From IMG/VR virus record IMGVR_UViG_3300032288_001948, positions 1-62,377 of that record: a stretch of DNA of 62,377 bases; one strand, 5' to 3'. A program made the position numbers and the translations under genes. Under the pieces are notes generated by a model that saw only the letters and a list, made by a program, of their open reading frames with translations, ran no database searches and was not told where the DNA came from. Origin of the DNA: a virus. Lineage: Duplodnaviria > Caudoviricetes. How positions within the stretch are numbered: the first letter of the stretch is position 1; every line of letters starts with the position of its first letter. Shown here one piece after another: positions 47,057 to 57,140 of the stretch.

Positions 47057-48940
47057 ATGTCTTTGATCTGGGGTGACGCCAATGCGATGTACGCCTATGC
47101 GCAGGGGCGCACGGCGGCGACAGACGCATATATTCTCCAGCTTGGGCAGGCTGCCGCCGGGCTGACGCCGCCGATTATTAACCCGGTATTCCCTGCCGCA
47201 CCCACTGCCCCGGCTGTGGCTCAAGCGACGGCACCCAGTTTCCAACCAGTCATCTGGACGATCCCCGGCATCCCGACACCGTTCTCCGGCACGCTGAATA
47301 TCGACCAGTATATGCCGGCCCCGTTTGATGGCACGCCGCCGATCTTAAGTTTCCCGGCCGCCCCGGAAGGAGTGACTGAGGCCGCGCCCACGGCGCCACC
47401 CATAAATGTGGATTATGTTTATCCTGATCTAAGTGTCAGCTTGCCGGCGCCGCCCAGCCTCTTGTCGTTGAGCATTGTACCGTTCAGCGGCGTCAATATA
47501 CCTGCGATCGACGTGACGATTCCCGAGCTGACTGCTGTGGCGCCATCCGTCGTACAGTACGTGCCGGGCGCCTTGTATACATCCAGCCTGTTGACGTCGC
47601 TCAGCTCGACCTTGCAGGACCGCATCGAGAATGGCGGCACCGGGTTGCCTCCGCCGATTGAGAACGCCATCTGGGATCGTGGTCGTGAGCGCGAGTACCG
47701 CCAGTCTGCCGCCGCGATTGCAGAGCTGGAGCGTATGGGGTCGTTGGGCTACGCCTTCCCGCCCGGTGTGTACATCGACGCGCGTCTCAAGATTCAGACC
47801 GAGATGGGATACACCATTGCCGGGTACAGCCGTGAGGTTGCAATCGAACAGGCTAAACTTGAGCAGAGCAATATTCTTGCAGCGCTTAACACGGCCACCC
47901 AGCTTGAAGGGCAGCTGATCAGCTATAACAATAACGTCGAGCAGCGCGCGTTTGAGTCGGCCAAGTTTGCCACGCAGGCTGGCATCGAGATTTACAACGG
48001 TCAGGTGCGGGCGTATGCCGCGATTGTAGACGCTTATCGCGCCAAGGTGCAGATTTATGAGGCGCAGATTCGCGCCGAGATCGCCAAGGTTGAGGCGTAT
48101 AAGACGCAGATTGCCGCCGAGCAGGCCAAGGCCACAATCAACACCGCATTGGTTGAGCAGTACAAAGTTCAGGCGAATGTCGCCTTGTCTGCTATCCAGA
48201 TTTACGAGGCCCAGATCAAGGCGATTCAGACCAAGGCCGACATCGAGAAGATCAAAGTTCAAATTTTCGGGGAGCAGGTGCGCGGTTATACCGCGCGCAT
48301 CGGCGCGTATACGGCGCAGGTCGAGGGTTTTCGCGCGTCAATTCAGGCCGAGGGCACCAAACAGGAAGCCTACAAATCGCAGGTGCAAGCCTATGGCGCC
48401 ACGGTCGAGGCGGCGGTCAAACAGGTCGAGGCGAAGATTCGCGAATTCGAGGGACTGTTGAAGCAGAAAGAGCAGGAGTGGGAAGGCTATAAGGCTTCTG
48501 CATCGGCGGAATCGTCGCGCGCTAAAGCGATCTCGGATAGCAACTCAAGTGCGGCCGAGGTTTACAAGGCGACGGTTCAGGGACTTGCAAGCTATAACGA
48601 GACACTGACCAAGCAGTGGCAGGTGACATACGATCAAGCTCAACGCACTGTGGATATCGGCGTCAATGCCGCCAAGGCGAATGCCGAACTGTACATGACC
48701 ACACGGTCGCTGGCGCTCGACGCGGCAAAGGTTGGCGCACAGGTTTCGGCGCAGCTCGGCGCCGCGGCGCTTAACGCGATTAACTGGTCATCCAGTGTGT
48801 CGAACAGCACCAGCACAAGCAACTCGAACCAGACGAGTAACTCGATCAGCACTTCGACGAGTAACTCGACCAACCGCCAGACCGGCGAAATGACCAACTA
48901 TCAGTACGGCGAGATGACGTACAATAACCTTAATACATAA
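47057..48940 (+). CDS. Virion protein with Pro-rich N-terminus and long 11-residue-like coiled coil
   Basis: GTGLPP.IENAIWDRGRERE then YxAxV repeats; AGGAG RBS. Confidence 0.8.
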   Translation: MSLIWGDANAMYAYAQGRTAATDAYILQLGQAAAGLTPPIINPVFPAAPTAPAVAQATAPSFQPVIWTIPGIPTPFSGTLNIDQYMPAPFDGTPPILSFPAAPEGVTEAAPTAPPINVDYVYPDLSVSLPAPPSLLSLSIVPFSGVNIPAIDVTIPELTAVAPSVVQYVPGALYTSSLLTSLSSTLQDRIENGGTGLPPPIENAIWDRGREREYRQSAAAIAELERMGSLGYAFPPGVYIDARLKIQTEMGYTIAGYSREVAIEQAKLEQSNILAALNTATQLEGQLISYNNNVEQRAFESAKFATQAGIEIYNGQVRAYAAIVDAYRAKVQIYEAQIRAEIAKVEAYKTQIAAEQAKATINTALVEQYKVQANVALSAIQIYEAQIKAIQTKADIEKIKVQIFGEQVRGYTARIGAYTAQVEGFRASIQAEGTKQEAYKSQVQAYGATVEAAVKQVEAKIREFEGLLKQKEQEWEGYKASASAESSRAKAISDSNSSAAEVYKATVQGLASYNETLTKQWQVTYDQAQRTVDIGVNAAKANAELYMTTRSLALDAAKVGAQVSAQLGAAALNAINWSSSVSNSTSTSNSNQTSNSISTSTSNSTNRQTGEMTNYQYGEMTYNNLNT

Positions 48941-48950
48941 GGAGCCGACA

Positions 48951-49565
48951 ATGGCGATCGCGGATATCAGTTCACTCATCAGCGAAAAATACGCGACCCA
49001 ACGGTACGCCGCTGATGCCGAGGCCAATGCTCGAATTGCGGCGGCAAACATAGGTGGTCGGTTCGATCAGGCCAATACGCAAGCACGTACAAACGCGCAG
49101 CTCGCTGAGCGGAATCTCCAGAATCGTGGCACTTTAGCCGCCATCGCAGCCGGTGGTCAGACTCCCGAGAATCTGGCGCAAGCCGATTATTACAGCGCTC
49201 AAGCGCGAACGGCGAATCAGGCCGCGGACACAGGTGGTTTTGTTGCGGGAGCGCCAAGAGGTGGAGGTATGCCGGCATCGTCGAGCCTCGGCACCAGCAC
49301 ACTTGACTCATTGTCGAGCCCGCGTGGACTCGGCTGGTTGACGAGCCCGACACCGATGCGGCAACAGGATACCGGTTTGTCTCCGGCCCGTTATGCCAAG
49401 GGTACCGCTCGTGTTCCCGGCAAGGGCGACGGCACCAAAGACACCGTGAAAGCCAAGCTGGCGCCGGGTGAAGCTGTGCTGAATAAACCTGCTGCGGAAG
49501 ACATGGGCCGCGGATTGATCGCGGCCCTTAACCAGATGGGCGCCAAGAAGATGGGGATGATTTAA
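48951..49565 (+). CDS. Putative internal virion protein
   Basis: C-terminal YAKG..VPGKGDGTKDTV.AKLAPGEAVL motif. Confidence 0.7.
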   Translation: MAIADISSLISEKYATQRYAADAEANARIAAANIGGRFDQANTQARTNAQLAERNLQNRGTLAAIAAGGQTPENLAQADYYSAQARTANQAADTGGFVAGAPRGGGMPASSSLGTSTLDSLSSPRGLGWLTSPTPMRQQDTGLSPARYAKGTARVPGKGDGTKDTVKAKLAPGEAVLNKPAAEDMGRGLIAALNQMGAKKMGMI

Positions 49566-52534
49566 TCCCCATCAACGGCTTTTAATTTACCCTTCGGCGG
49601 TGTGACTTCTGCCGAGGGGTTTTCTACGACCGCCAGATCGGGGACGTTCAGACAATCAGGGTGCTTCAGGTCCATGATGAAGCACCACGCTTGCGCTTTA
49701 CCGAACTCGGTGCCTGCACCCAATACCTTCTTGACGTTGACGTTGGTGACCACACGCATCCGGTTACCGTTGGCGTCCAGTTGGGGCACATGTAGCTCGT
49801 TAATGATCTTCAGGAAATTGGCGCCGATCTTGACGCAGTAATCCTTGAAGCCTTTGCGCAACACCCAGAGCGTCTTGTCCTCAAAGTCGAAATGCGCCAG
49901 CAACTGGTTAGTAGGCTTGCGCAAAACATTGACGATGCCATTGCTCTTGATGCGCTGGACGACGAGCGTGTTGCCGGAGATGGTTTCCAGATAGTCAGTC
50001 AACACGCCGATCGGCGACGAGTACTCATCGGTCACGACACCACGCAGCGCCGGAATCTGGACCGTCAGCGCCCAGATGCGCAGCGCCACCATGTCATAGC
50101 GGATGAGGCCAAGCTGCGAAGCGATACGGCCGGCGACAATAATCACAGCCACGACGCCGGACCAGAAGCGCTCACCCGACTGGATGTTCGCCTCCTCATC
50201 AACCCGGCGCATCTCCGCACGCACCATCTCCTTGACCGCCGCATAATTCTTGACGACGTACTGAATAAAAATTTCGCCGATGTGACCGAAGTTAAGTCTT
50301 AGATCATGCAAGAAATCGTCGGCTTCCCATTTCTTGTGGACGATTGTCTTGGGAAACTGGATTTCAAACACGCGCATCGACGCCGCAGTGCCGGCGGAAT
50401 TGTTCGTCGACAGCAGCCCATGTAAACTGTTGTTCGAGGTCGTGAGAACAATCGTGGCCTTCTCGCCTTCCGGCTTCTTCTGTGGTGTGCCATCAGGATT
50501 CAAGCGCCCGCGCACACCGGACTGCGATACACCCATGGCCATGTCGCGCGCTTCATCCAGACCGATCGTCGTGATCTCATCCACGCAGACCGGGAGATTA
50601 GAGAGTGTCGCCGCCTTGGAGTTGCGGTGACGCGCGGTCGATCCATCCTTGGTGCCGTTGATGGTGAACTTTTCCGGATCACCCCACATCGACGCAGCGG
50701 TATAGATCGACGAGGACTTTGACGCACCAGCCTCGCCGGTACAGTTCACGATCACACCACGGTGGCCAGTCATGCCCATCAGCGGTGCCGCCAGCCCCGC
50801 GAGTACAGCGAACTGGTTCTGCACATACGCAGGGTTATTGTAGAAATCCAGCAGCTCCAGCTGGCGTGCAAGCGTGCCCTTCTTGTGAATTGCGTCAGCG
50901 TGCTCCGCCGCCGTGGGACTGAGGATTACAGGCTTCACATCTCCGTTTGCGTAGACAATCGTGTCGGCGAGGATGAATGCGGTGTGCTCATCTGCCCAGC
51001 CCAAATGTGTCGCTTGAGCATCGGCAGCGGAGTGCCGCTGTAGTTCAGCGATATAGGCGACCATGTAATTCTGTAGCTCCTTCATGTCATCCGGCTGCGC
51101 ATAGACGCCGGCATTGGCCAGCACCGTAACGAATTTCTTGCGATCGTATAACGCATCAGCATCCAGTACGAACTCAATGACGCCGTCGTTCGGTTGAGTG
51201 ACACGCCAGACAATCTGTTCAATCCCGAGCACGTGATTGCGCACACGCCGTACCGGGTAGATGTCACGATCATATATGACGCGGTGAAACTCCTCGCCAT
51301 CTTTGTTGGTGGCCTTCATCGAGATGCCGCCACCCTTCATGCGGGTGTACGGTTTGGGCGCCGGAGGCAGCTCCATCTCGACCGCGACCGGACCAGCTTG
51401 TACTTGAATGACCGGCGCCGGCGCCGATTCCGTCTTACGCGCATGCCAAAGTGGAGACGAACCTTTGCCGTTGAACTCGCAGCCGACACAGCGTTCCGAG
51501 CCGCAAACAGAGGCCAGCTTCGCGCAGGTCGTCGGACCCATAGGCTTGCCGGTGGTGGGACTGCGGTAGTCAATAAGACGCTGTACTTTGGCTTCGGTGG
51601 CTTCAGGTGTATAGCCGGGATACTGATCAGAGATTTTGTGGATGAGTTTTTCGCTGTTGATGCAGAATCGCACCAGATTGAGTGCGGCCTGCCATTCCGG
51701 TTCACTCACATTACCGCGCTGTTTGGCAAGATAGCGAGCCTGTTTACAGATCGGTAGGACGGCATCCTTGAAGCTGATCGGGTCGAATTCGGTTTGCCGA
51801 TCGATATTGCTCGCGCCAAAGTAGTCGTCTACGTCGGCGCTTACGGGCTTTTTTGAAAGATACATCTCCGGGTTCACGCCTGCACGAATTACAGCATCGT
51901 TCAGCCGCTTCAGAAACGTGCCCAGTTCCGTTGGGCGACCGGGACGCAGCACCTTGACCAGACGCTTCTCACCACGCTTGTGGTTGAATGTACCAGCTAC
52001 ACGCAACACGCTGGAGGTATCAGTGGTACGCGCTGGGTCAGCCTTTAGTCCGTGGTGCTGCGCCAGTGCTTTGAGTCGCGCAGCATATGTGCGCCATTCG
52101 TCCGAAAGGATTGAGGTGTCTAATAACCAGTACACATGGAGGCCGCCACCAGACGAAGCGACCAGCGGGTATGGCAGGTGTGTGTCGGCGATAAACTCTT
52201 TAAGTCCAATGATTGCGTCGGCCTGTGTCGCGTACTTGTTATCTCCTTCACCGACGTCGAGATCGAAAAAGAAACATCTAGCTTCCTGCATATTCGTTTG
52301 CAGGCGATGTGACCAACCACCTTGCTCACCTTTGTTTGGATTCCAGACTTTTTCTTCTTTAAGCGAATGGACGCAAAAGAAAACATCCCTTGCGTCCTTA
52401 ATCTTTTCGACATGCGCCACGGCTTCGTCAATCGTATGGAATACACTGTGGGCGTAGCCCTTGTTCACCGGCGTCGCGATGCAATACAAGCCGTCAGTCG
52501 GCCACACAGACTGAAGAAATTCCGTTGGTGTCAT
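49562..52534 (-). CDS. DNA primase-helicase (AEP-like N-terminus plus DUF927 domain)
   Basis: FFDLDVG, SSGGGLHVYW, VLRVAGTFN; LGWADE, GEAGASKS, PVCVDEIT, TTSN, NFGHIG. Confidence 0.88.
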   Translation of the reverse strand: MTPTEFLQSVWPTDGLYCIATPVNKGYAHSVFHTIDEAVAHVEKIKDARDVFFCVHSLKEEKVWNPNKGEQGGWSHRLQTNMQEARCFFFDLDVGEGDNKYATQADAIIGLKEFIADTHLPYPLVASSGGGLHVYWLLDTSILSDEWRTYAARLKALAQHHGLKADPARTTDTSSVLRVAGTFNHKRGEKRLVKVLRPGRPTELGTFLKRLNDAVIRAGVNPEMYLSKKPVSADVDDYFGASNIDRQTEFDPISFKDAVLPICKQARYLAKQRGNVSEPEWQAALNLVRFCINSEKLIHKISDQYPGYTPEATEAKVQRLIDYRSPTTGKPMGPTTCAKLASVCGSERCVGCEFNGKGSSPLWHARKTESAPAPVIQVQAGPVAVEMELPPAPKPYTRMKGGGISMKATNKDGEEFHRVIYDRDIYPVRRVRNHVLGIEQIVWRVTQPNDGVIEFVLDADALYDRKKFVTVLANAGVYAQPDDMKELQNYMVAYIAELQRHSAADAQATHLGWADEHTAFILADTIVYANGDVKPVILSPTAAEHADAIHKKGTLARQLELLDFYNNPAYVQNQFAVLAGLAAPLMGMTGHRGVIVNCTGEAGASKSSSIYTAASMWGDPEKFTINGTKDGSTARHRNSKAATLSNLPVCVDEITTIGLDEARDMAMGVSQSGVRGRLNPDGTPQKKPEGEKATIVLTTSNNSLHGLLSTNNSAGTAASMRVFEIQFPKTIVHKKWEADDFLHDLRLNFGHIGEIFIQYVVKNYAAVKEMVRAEMRRVDEEANIQSGERFWSGVVAVIIVAGRIASQLGLIRYDMVALRIWALTVQIPALRGVVTDEYSSPIGVLTDYLETISGNTLVVQRIKSNGIVNVLRKPTNQLLAHFDFEDKTLWVLRKGFKDYCVKIGANFLKIINELHVPQLDANGNRMRVVTNVNVKKVLGAGTEFGKAQAWCFIMDLKHPDCLNVPDLAVVENPSAEVTPPKGKLKAVDGD

Positions 52535-52549
52535 GGTCTGTATCCTGAT

Positions 52550-52876
52550 TTATTTTTCGCCGCGTTCTTGCAACATTGCTTTGAACAAAATGCAGTAAAC
52601 GATGATGTCGTCGAGACGACCAGAGAGCGGCTCCAATCGCTCGCGCGATTTACCGGCATTCAGATCGTTAATGTATTGAATCACGGCGTCCCAATGTTTT
52701 GCCGCGTAGACCGCCCAAACAACCTCCATAGGCAGACCAAGATTCTGGCCGTTCCGGCGGAAGTTGGCAAGCCTGTCAACATCACCGGCGTACTCGCCGC
52801 CTTTCAACTTACTCAACTGGTAGATGTTCTTAATTGTCGACTCCACTAAGGCTTGGTATTTGTCGTGCGAAAACAT
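52550..52876 (-). CDS. Small helical protein, nucleotide-metabolism-associated (MazG/dNTPase-like fold suspected)
   Basis: KGGEYA..DRLANFRR...KH.DA...GRLDDIIVYCIL. Confidence 0.55.
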   Translation of the reverse strand: MFSHDKYQALVESTIKNIYQLSKLKGGEYAGDVDRLANFRRNGQNLGLPMEVVWAVYAAKHWDAVIQYINDLNAGKSRERLEPLSGRLDDIIVYCILFKAMLQERGEK

Positions 52877-52896
52877 TTTTTTCTCCCTTTAAGACA

Positions 52897-52924
52897 GTAA
52901 TGCCCGGCAAATACCGGGCATTAC
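52897..52924 (-). terminator. 11-bp stem hairpin after the SSB-like gene
   Basis: GTAATGCCCGG-6 nt-CCGGGCATTAC; weak U tract. Confidence 0.55.
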
Positions 52925-52955
52925 ATCAGTGCGTATCAGTGCGTATCAGGGCGTA

Positions 52956-54047
52956 TCAATCCTCGCCCCATTCACCCAGCAGATCGGTCAGGTCATCCTC
53001 GCTGGCGACAGGCGCCGGCTTGGCGGCTTTCTTGATCGGCACCACCACATCGTCATCGTCGTCCTCGACCGGAGCCTTGGCCTTAACTTTGGGTGCGGCC
53101 TTCTTGGCAACGGGCTTCGGCGCCGGGACATCGTCCTCGTCCTCATCGTCAATGACCGGCGCCGGCTTGGCCTTGGCTACAGTCATCTTCGCGGGCGGGA
53201 TCACCACAGCATCGTCCTCGTCGTCATCGACGGCGACCGGAGCAGCCTTCTTAGGCGCCTCGATCTTGGTGCCATCGGCGCCGTTGGGCGTCCACGTACC
53301 CGACAGAAGCTGCTTGACCTCCGGCTGCTGCGACATCGGACCAACGATGGACAGCTCACTGGTTTCGAGCCAGCGATCCGGCGAGAAAATAACCTTCGCG
53401 TAATCCACGTTCGGGTCGAACTTCATCTTGGTCACGAGACGGCCGGAGTGTTTGACACCACGGGCGCGCAGCAGGTCGGTATACTGCTGGAACGCGAACC
53501 AGCCAGCCGCCTCCAGTTCAGGAGACTTCTTGTCGTAGTTCGACGTTACCGCCAGCTTCAGGCGCAGGGGCGGGAAGTTGCCCAGATTGTTGGCCGGTAC
53601 GACAACAACCATACGGTGCTGGCCACAAGCCGACACAGCCTTACCCTGTGCTGAAATCTTCGAACCCTTGGCCGACAGCGGGCAGGCTTCACAGGTGCCG
53701 CACTTGGGTTCCGGCACAGACGGGTGGGGCTTGCGGCCGTCATCCGACCAGCACTCCGGCTGACCCGGCTTCTCCGGATCGTACTCGCCCGGATAATAAG
53801 TGCGGCCCATGCGCTCGGCGTAGTCGAGGACCACGACGCGCAGGATCGGGACATTAACTTCCTCACCGTCCTCGTCGCGCTTGACCAGCGGAATCTTCTC
53901 ACCGTTGACATTGAGCGTCCAGCGTTTGCCGCCGTATGTGACGGACGGTACTGTCTGGCGTTCTTTGATGTTGCCGGCGCCGAAATACTGATCGACCTCG
54001 GCTGGCACCTTCGGGGCGTTGTCAAATAATGCTAATGCGTTGCTCAT
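52956..54047 (-). CDS. Putative ssDNA-binding / replication accessory protein
   Basis: CWSDDG..CEACP..C motif, long acidic/Lys-Ala tail ending LLGEWGED. Confidence 0.65.
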   Translation of the reverse strand: MSNALALFDNAPKVPAEVDQYFGAGNIKERQTVPSVTYGGKRWTLNVNGEKIPLVKRDEDGEEVNVPILRVVVLDYAERMGRTYYPGEYDPEKPGQPECWSDDGRKPHPSVPEPKCGTCEACPLSAKGSKISAQGKAVSACGQHRMVVVVPANNLGNFPPLRLKLAVTSNYDKKSPELEAAGWFAFQQYTDLLRARGVKHSGRLVTKMKFDPNVDYAKVIFSPDRWLETSELSIVGPMSQQPEVKQLLSGTWTPNGADGTKIEAPKKAAPVAVDDDEDDAVVIPPAKMTVAKAKPAPVIDDEDEDDVPAPKPVAKKAAPKVKAKAPVEDDDDDVVVPIKKAAKPAPVASEDDLTDLLGEWGED

Positions 54048-54061
54048 TTATCTTCTCCAGT

Positions 54062-54448
54062 TTAAGCGCGACGAACGCGAACGACGTACTCGCGATACAC
54101 AGACACGCCGGGGGGTATGCCGCCGCCGTTCGCATCCATATATTCCTTGACAAATGTTTTCTTGATCCGGCGCTCCAGCGCGTCGAATGCGTCATGATCT
54201 TTGACCCACTGATAAAACGCGTTCCAGTCGGCGCCGGTGGGTGTGATTTCTTCTTGGCGGTAGACGATGCCCGAATCCGTCTTTGACGAGTTCTGCTGGG
54301 TGTCGTTCAGGAAGCGGAGCATCTCGCCTTCAAGGCGCTCCAACTTTTCTTTTAATGCGGCGTCCTGCTGTTCCCAATCTTTTTTCAGCTTTGAACGGGC
54401 ATCGCGGATTTTTATATAGACTTTCGTCAGCTTATTCATGTCGGTCAT
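54062..54448 (-). CDS. Conserved replication-module protein (coiled coil, PPGV tail)
   Basis: YIKIRD, DWNAFYQWV, IPPGV. Confidence 0.75.
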   Translation of the reverse strand: MTDMNKLTKVYIKIRDARSKLKKDWEQQDAALKEKLERLEGEMLRFLNDTQQNSSKTDSGIVYRQEEITPTGADWNAFYQWVKDHDAFDALERRIKKTFVKEYMDANGGGIPPGVSVYREYVVRVRRA

Positions 54449-54466
54449 TTCAGAGTCCTTTAAGAG

Positions 54467-56020
54467 TTATTCGGTCACAGCTTTATATAAGTTCAGGATG
54501 TTATCTTGCGTAGCCTTCTTGTTGTCAACCATCTTATAGATTTGCCATTCTATAGCATGTCCTCCTAATCTTACAATAGTCATCTTACGAGTCTGACCTG
54601 TACGGTTAAACCTTTCTATAACCTGCTGATATTCGTCGTTCGAATAAATCGGCGCGTAAAAAATCAGCGTATCCGCTTCGGTCAGATTCAGGCCGTGAGC
54701 CATGACCTTGGGGTGGCACAACAGCACATGCGGGTCAGTCTGGGTTTTGAAGTCCAGAATGATTCGGTCGCGCGCCTTCGGGCTGACATCGCCGTTGATG
54801 ACGGCGCAGCTGTAATGCGGTTCCAGTTCTTTGGCCAGCGAGTTGATAATACCCTTAAAGGGTACAATCACCAGCACCTTGCCGCTGGCGCCTTGAATCG
54901 CCTCCAGCAGTGTGCGGACACGTGGCCCGTGCGGCAGATCGACATACTCCTCCGTCTCGGGGTCTTTGATGGCGCCGCACAGAATCTGGCGCAGCTTGTT
55001 GATCTTGTCGGCCGCATTGACTGCCGTGATCTGGTGCTCCTTGGCCTCGGCCTGCATCAACGTCTGCATGGCCTTGAACGCCGACTTCTGGTCAGGCGTC
55101 AGCTCGATCGTCCAGTCCTCAGTTATGACCGGGGGCAGATCGAGACAGTCGGCCTTCTTGAACCGGACGGCTGGCTGCATGGCCTCGAATGCTGTGGCGA
55201 ACGAATCAGGGCGCGGCATCCACTTGAACTGCGTCACCTGCGCCATCGTCATGCGCTTGAAGGCGCCAAAGTACTGCGGCACCCGACTCGGTGAGATGAG
55301 TCTTGTCAGCGCCCACGCGTCGGTCGGCGCGTTCGGGCATGGTGTGCCCGTCAGCAACCACAGGCGCATGTCATCGCGCAGCATCGCGCGCAAGCTCTTA
55401 TACTTTTTGGTGTCATGGTTGCGGAACATGGATGCCTCATCCACGACCACCAGATTGATGTCCGGGCGGCGCCGGATATGGTCGGCAATCTCCTGAATCC
55501 CCAGACCGTCGTGGTTCAGAATATAGAAGTCCACATCCCGGTTAAGCGCTTCCATGCGCTGAGTGCGTGAGCCATGAACGACCACGGCCTTGCGGTGCAT
55601 CAGCACATCGAAGATGTCGTTTTTCCACACGCGTTCCAGCGTGGACAGTGGCGATAGAATCAGGGCTTTCTGAATCTTGCCCTGTTGCATGAGGCAATCG
55701 GCAGCCCACAGCGCAGCCGCGGACTTACCGACGCCCATCTCAGACAAGTTGAACGCGCGTCGATTCATGGTCAGAAATTCAGCCATCACCTTTTGATGTG
55801 CGAACGGCTTGTATTTTCCGGGCCAGTTGTAACTAGTTAGAATCGGCGATGGTACGTCGATGCCAATATTCTTGAGCAGTTTTGCGCTGTCGATCGTGTG
55901 CTGTATTGCGACATTGTATTCGTCGTGATTGATCGTCTTGCTCTTAGGGATCATGTCACGAATTGCAAATGGATCAGGAACGTGCAGAAGCACGCTCTTA
56001 CTTGCTTGATGGATCATCAT
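54467..56020 (-). CDS. SNF2-family (SF2) helicase
   Basis: PFAHQ, EMGVGKS, VVVDEAS, LTGTP, HGLNLT, QVIERFNRTGQ. Confidence 0.92.
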   Translation of the reverse strand: MMIHQASKSVLLHVPDPFAIRDMIPKSKTINHDEYNVAIQHTIDSAKLLKNIGIDVPSPILTSYNWPGKYKPFAHQKVMAEFLTMNRRAFNLSEMGVGKSAAALWAADCLMQQGKIQKALILSPLSTLERVWKNDIFDVLMHRKAVVVHGSRTQRMEALNRDVDFYILNHDGLGIQEIADHIRRRPDINLVVVDEASMFRNHDTKKYKSLRAMLRDDMRLWLLTGTPCPNAPTDAWALTRLISPSRVPQYFGAFKRMTMAQVTQFKWMPRPDSFATAFEAMQPAVRFKKADCLDLPPVITEDWTIELTPDQKSAFKAMQTLMQAEAKEHQITAVNAADKINKLRQILCGAIKDPETEEYVDLPHGPRVRTLLEAIQGASGKVLVIVPFKGIINSLAKELEPHYSCAVINGDVSPKARDRIILDFKTQTDPHVLLCHPKVMAHGLNLTEADTLIFYAPIYSNDEYQQVIERFNRTGQTRKMTIVRLGGHAIEWQIYKMVDNKKATQDNILNLYKAVTE

Positions 56021-56021
56021 G

Positions 56022-56252
56022 TTAATGCCTCGACAATTTATCCCAGTTCACGTTGTTCACCCATTCCAGATTCGCAAGTTGCGCGTGCATCTTGTTCACA
56101 CAATCCCAACAGATCACAGAGTCATAATCGTGGTTGACAAACAAAGACTGGTTTTTCTCATCCCCGCAAAAGTCACAGGTAAAACGTCTGCTTTCCTGAT
56201 AACGCTCACGCAGAATCGCAAGAACCTTGTCCAGTTCGTCATCCGAGTTCAT
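56022..56252 (-). CDS. Stand-alone ClpX-type C4 zinc-finger protein
   Basis: CDFCG-x15-VICWDCV resembles the ClpX ZBD pattern CSFCG...ICDECV. Confidence 0.6.
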   Translation of the reverse strand: MNSDDELDKVLAILRERYQESRRFTCDFCGDEKNQSLFVNHDYDSVICWDCVNKMHAQLANLEWVNNVNWDKLSRH

Positions 56253-56622
56253 GGGTCATTTCACGAATTGCATTTAACATTGCAGCGCCATCCTCGGCGT
56301 TCGGTTGTTTACCTTCCGAGATCGCCTTGGACGAGCGGTCAAAAGCATCCATCCAAATGGTCAGCCAGTCAAGTCGTTTCTCATTGACCACGAACCCGAA
56401 GGCATCTTCTGCGATGATGGAGGACAAGAACGCCCGCTGGTGGACGGTCGGCACGTTGGCGCCGAACTTGGTTTCAATTGCCAAGAACACCCCGCCACGG
56501 ATAGCGTTAAAATCAGCAACGCCAATCTTGCCGAAGCCGTTGGCTGGCGGCATCCACCAGAACCAGCCGTGTTTGTCCAGAAGTTTTTTGACTTCCTTCT
56601 TGACGTCTTTTTCATTTTTCAA
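56239..56622 (-). CDS. VRR-NUC domain nuclease / Holliday junction resolvase-like
   Basis: EKDVK, GVADF, FLAIETK, Q motif; TTG start with GAGGAGG RBS. Confidence 0.8.
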   Translation of the reverse strand: MKNEKDVKKEVKKLLDKHGWFWWMPPANGFGKIGVADFNAIRGGVFLAIETKFGANVPTVHQRAFLSSIIAEDAFGFVVNEKRLDWLTIWMDAFDRSSKAISEGKQPNAEDGAAMLNAIREMTHELG

Positions 56623-56648
56623 TTTAGTTCCTCCTCGGTTTCCAGAAC

Positions 56649-57140
56649 TCACACACGAGTGAACGGCTTGCGTTGCACAGGCGTGAGAATTGCTTCCGGA
56701 TATGTCCACCCATATTTTTTAACGCGACATCGCACGGTATTGATACTTATTTTCTTTATTTCACACCACTCTACTAGCCGCCGCCTAACCCCTGCGATTG
56801 ATACCCACACGACTTGCACCGAGTTGCGTGCTTGTGTACGGACATTTGCCCATCGACAGTTGGACGGGGTATAATTACCATTTACATTAATGCGGTCCAA
56901 TGTGGTCCCGGCAGGTCGCGGACCCATATCAGACAAAAAGTTCTCAAACTTTTTCCAGCGCCGACAGACTTTAATACCTCTGCCTCCGTAATGCCTCCAT
57001 GTCGATCGGTTTGGATTTGTGCATCGCGTCCACATTCCCGCCCAAGAATGATACTCGGGCGAGAACTTGTTTTTGCCGGCGTGCCCGTGACGGTACGCTG
57101 GATTAGTCTTATCGATGGTATCTGCTGTTTGCTTTGCCAT
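56649..57140 (-). CDS. HNH-type homing endonuclease
   Basis: EYHSW..M..RC, YGGRGIKVC.RW..FENFL.DMG.RP, LDRINVNGNY.P.NCRWA. Confidence 0.88.
   Translation of the reverse strand: MAKQTADTIDKTNPAYRHGHAGKNKFSPEYHSWAGMWTRCTNPNRSTWRHYGGRGIKVCRRWKKFENFLSDMGPRPAGTTLDRINVNGNYTPSNCRWANVRTQARNSVQVVWVSIAGVRRRLVEWCEIKKISINTVRCRVKKYGWTYPEAILTPVQRKPFTRV

Noticed and set aside
22802-57140. Endonucleases as group I intron ORFs
   Set aside because: Inserts are almost fully occupied by the ORFs, leaving no room for a ribozyme core, and the upstream genes already end with intact-looking tails
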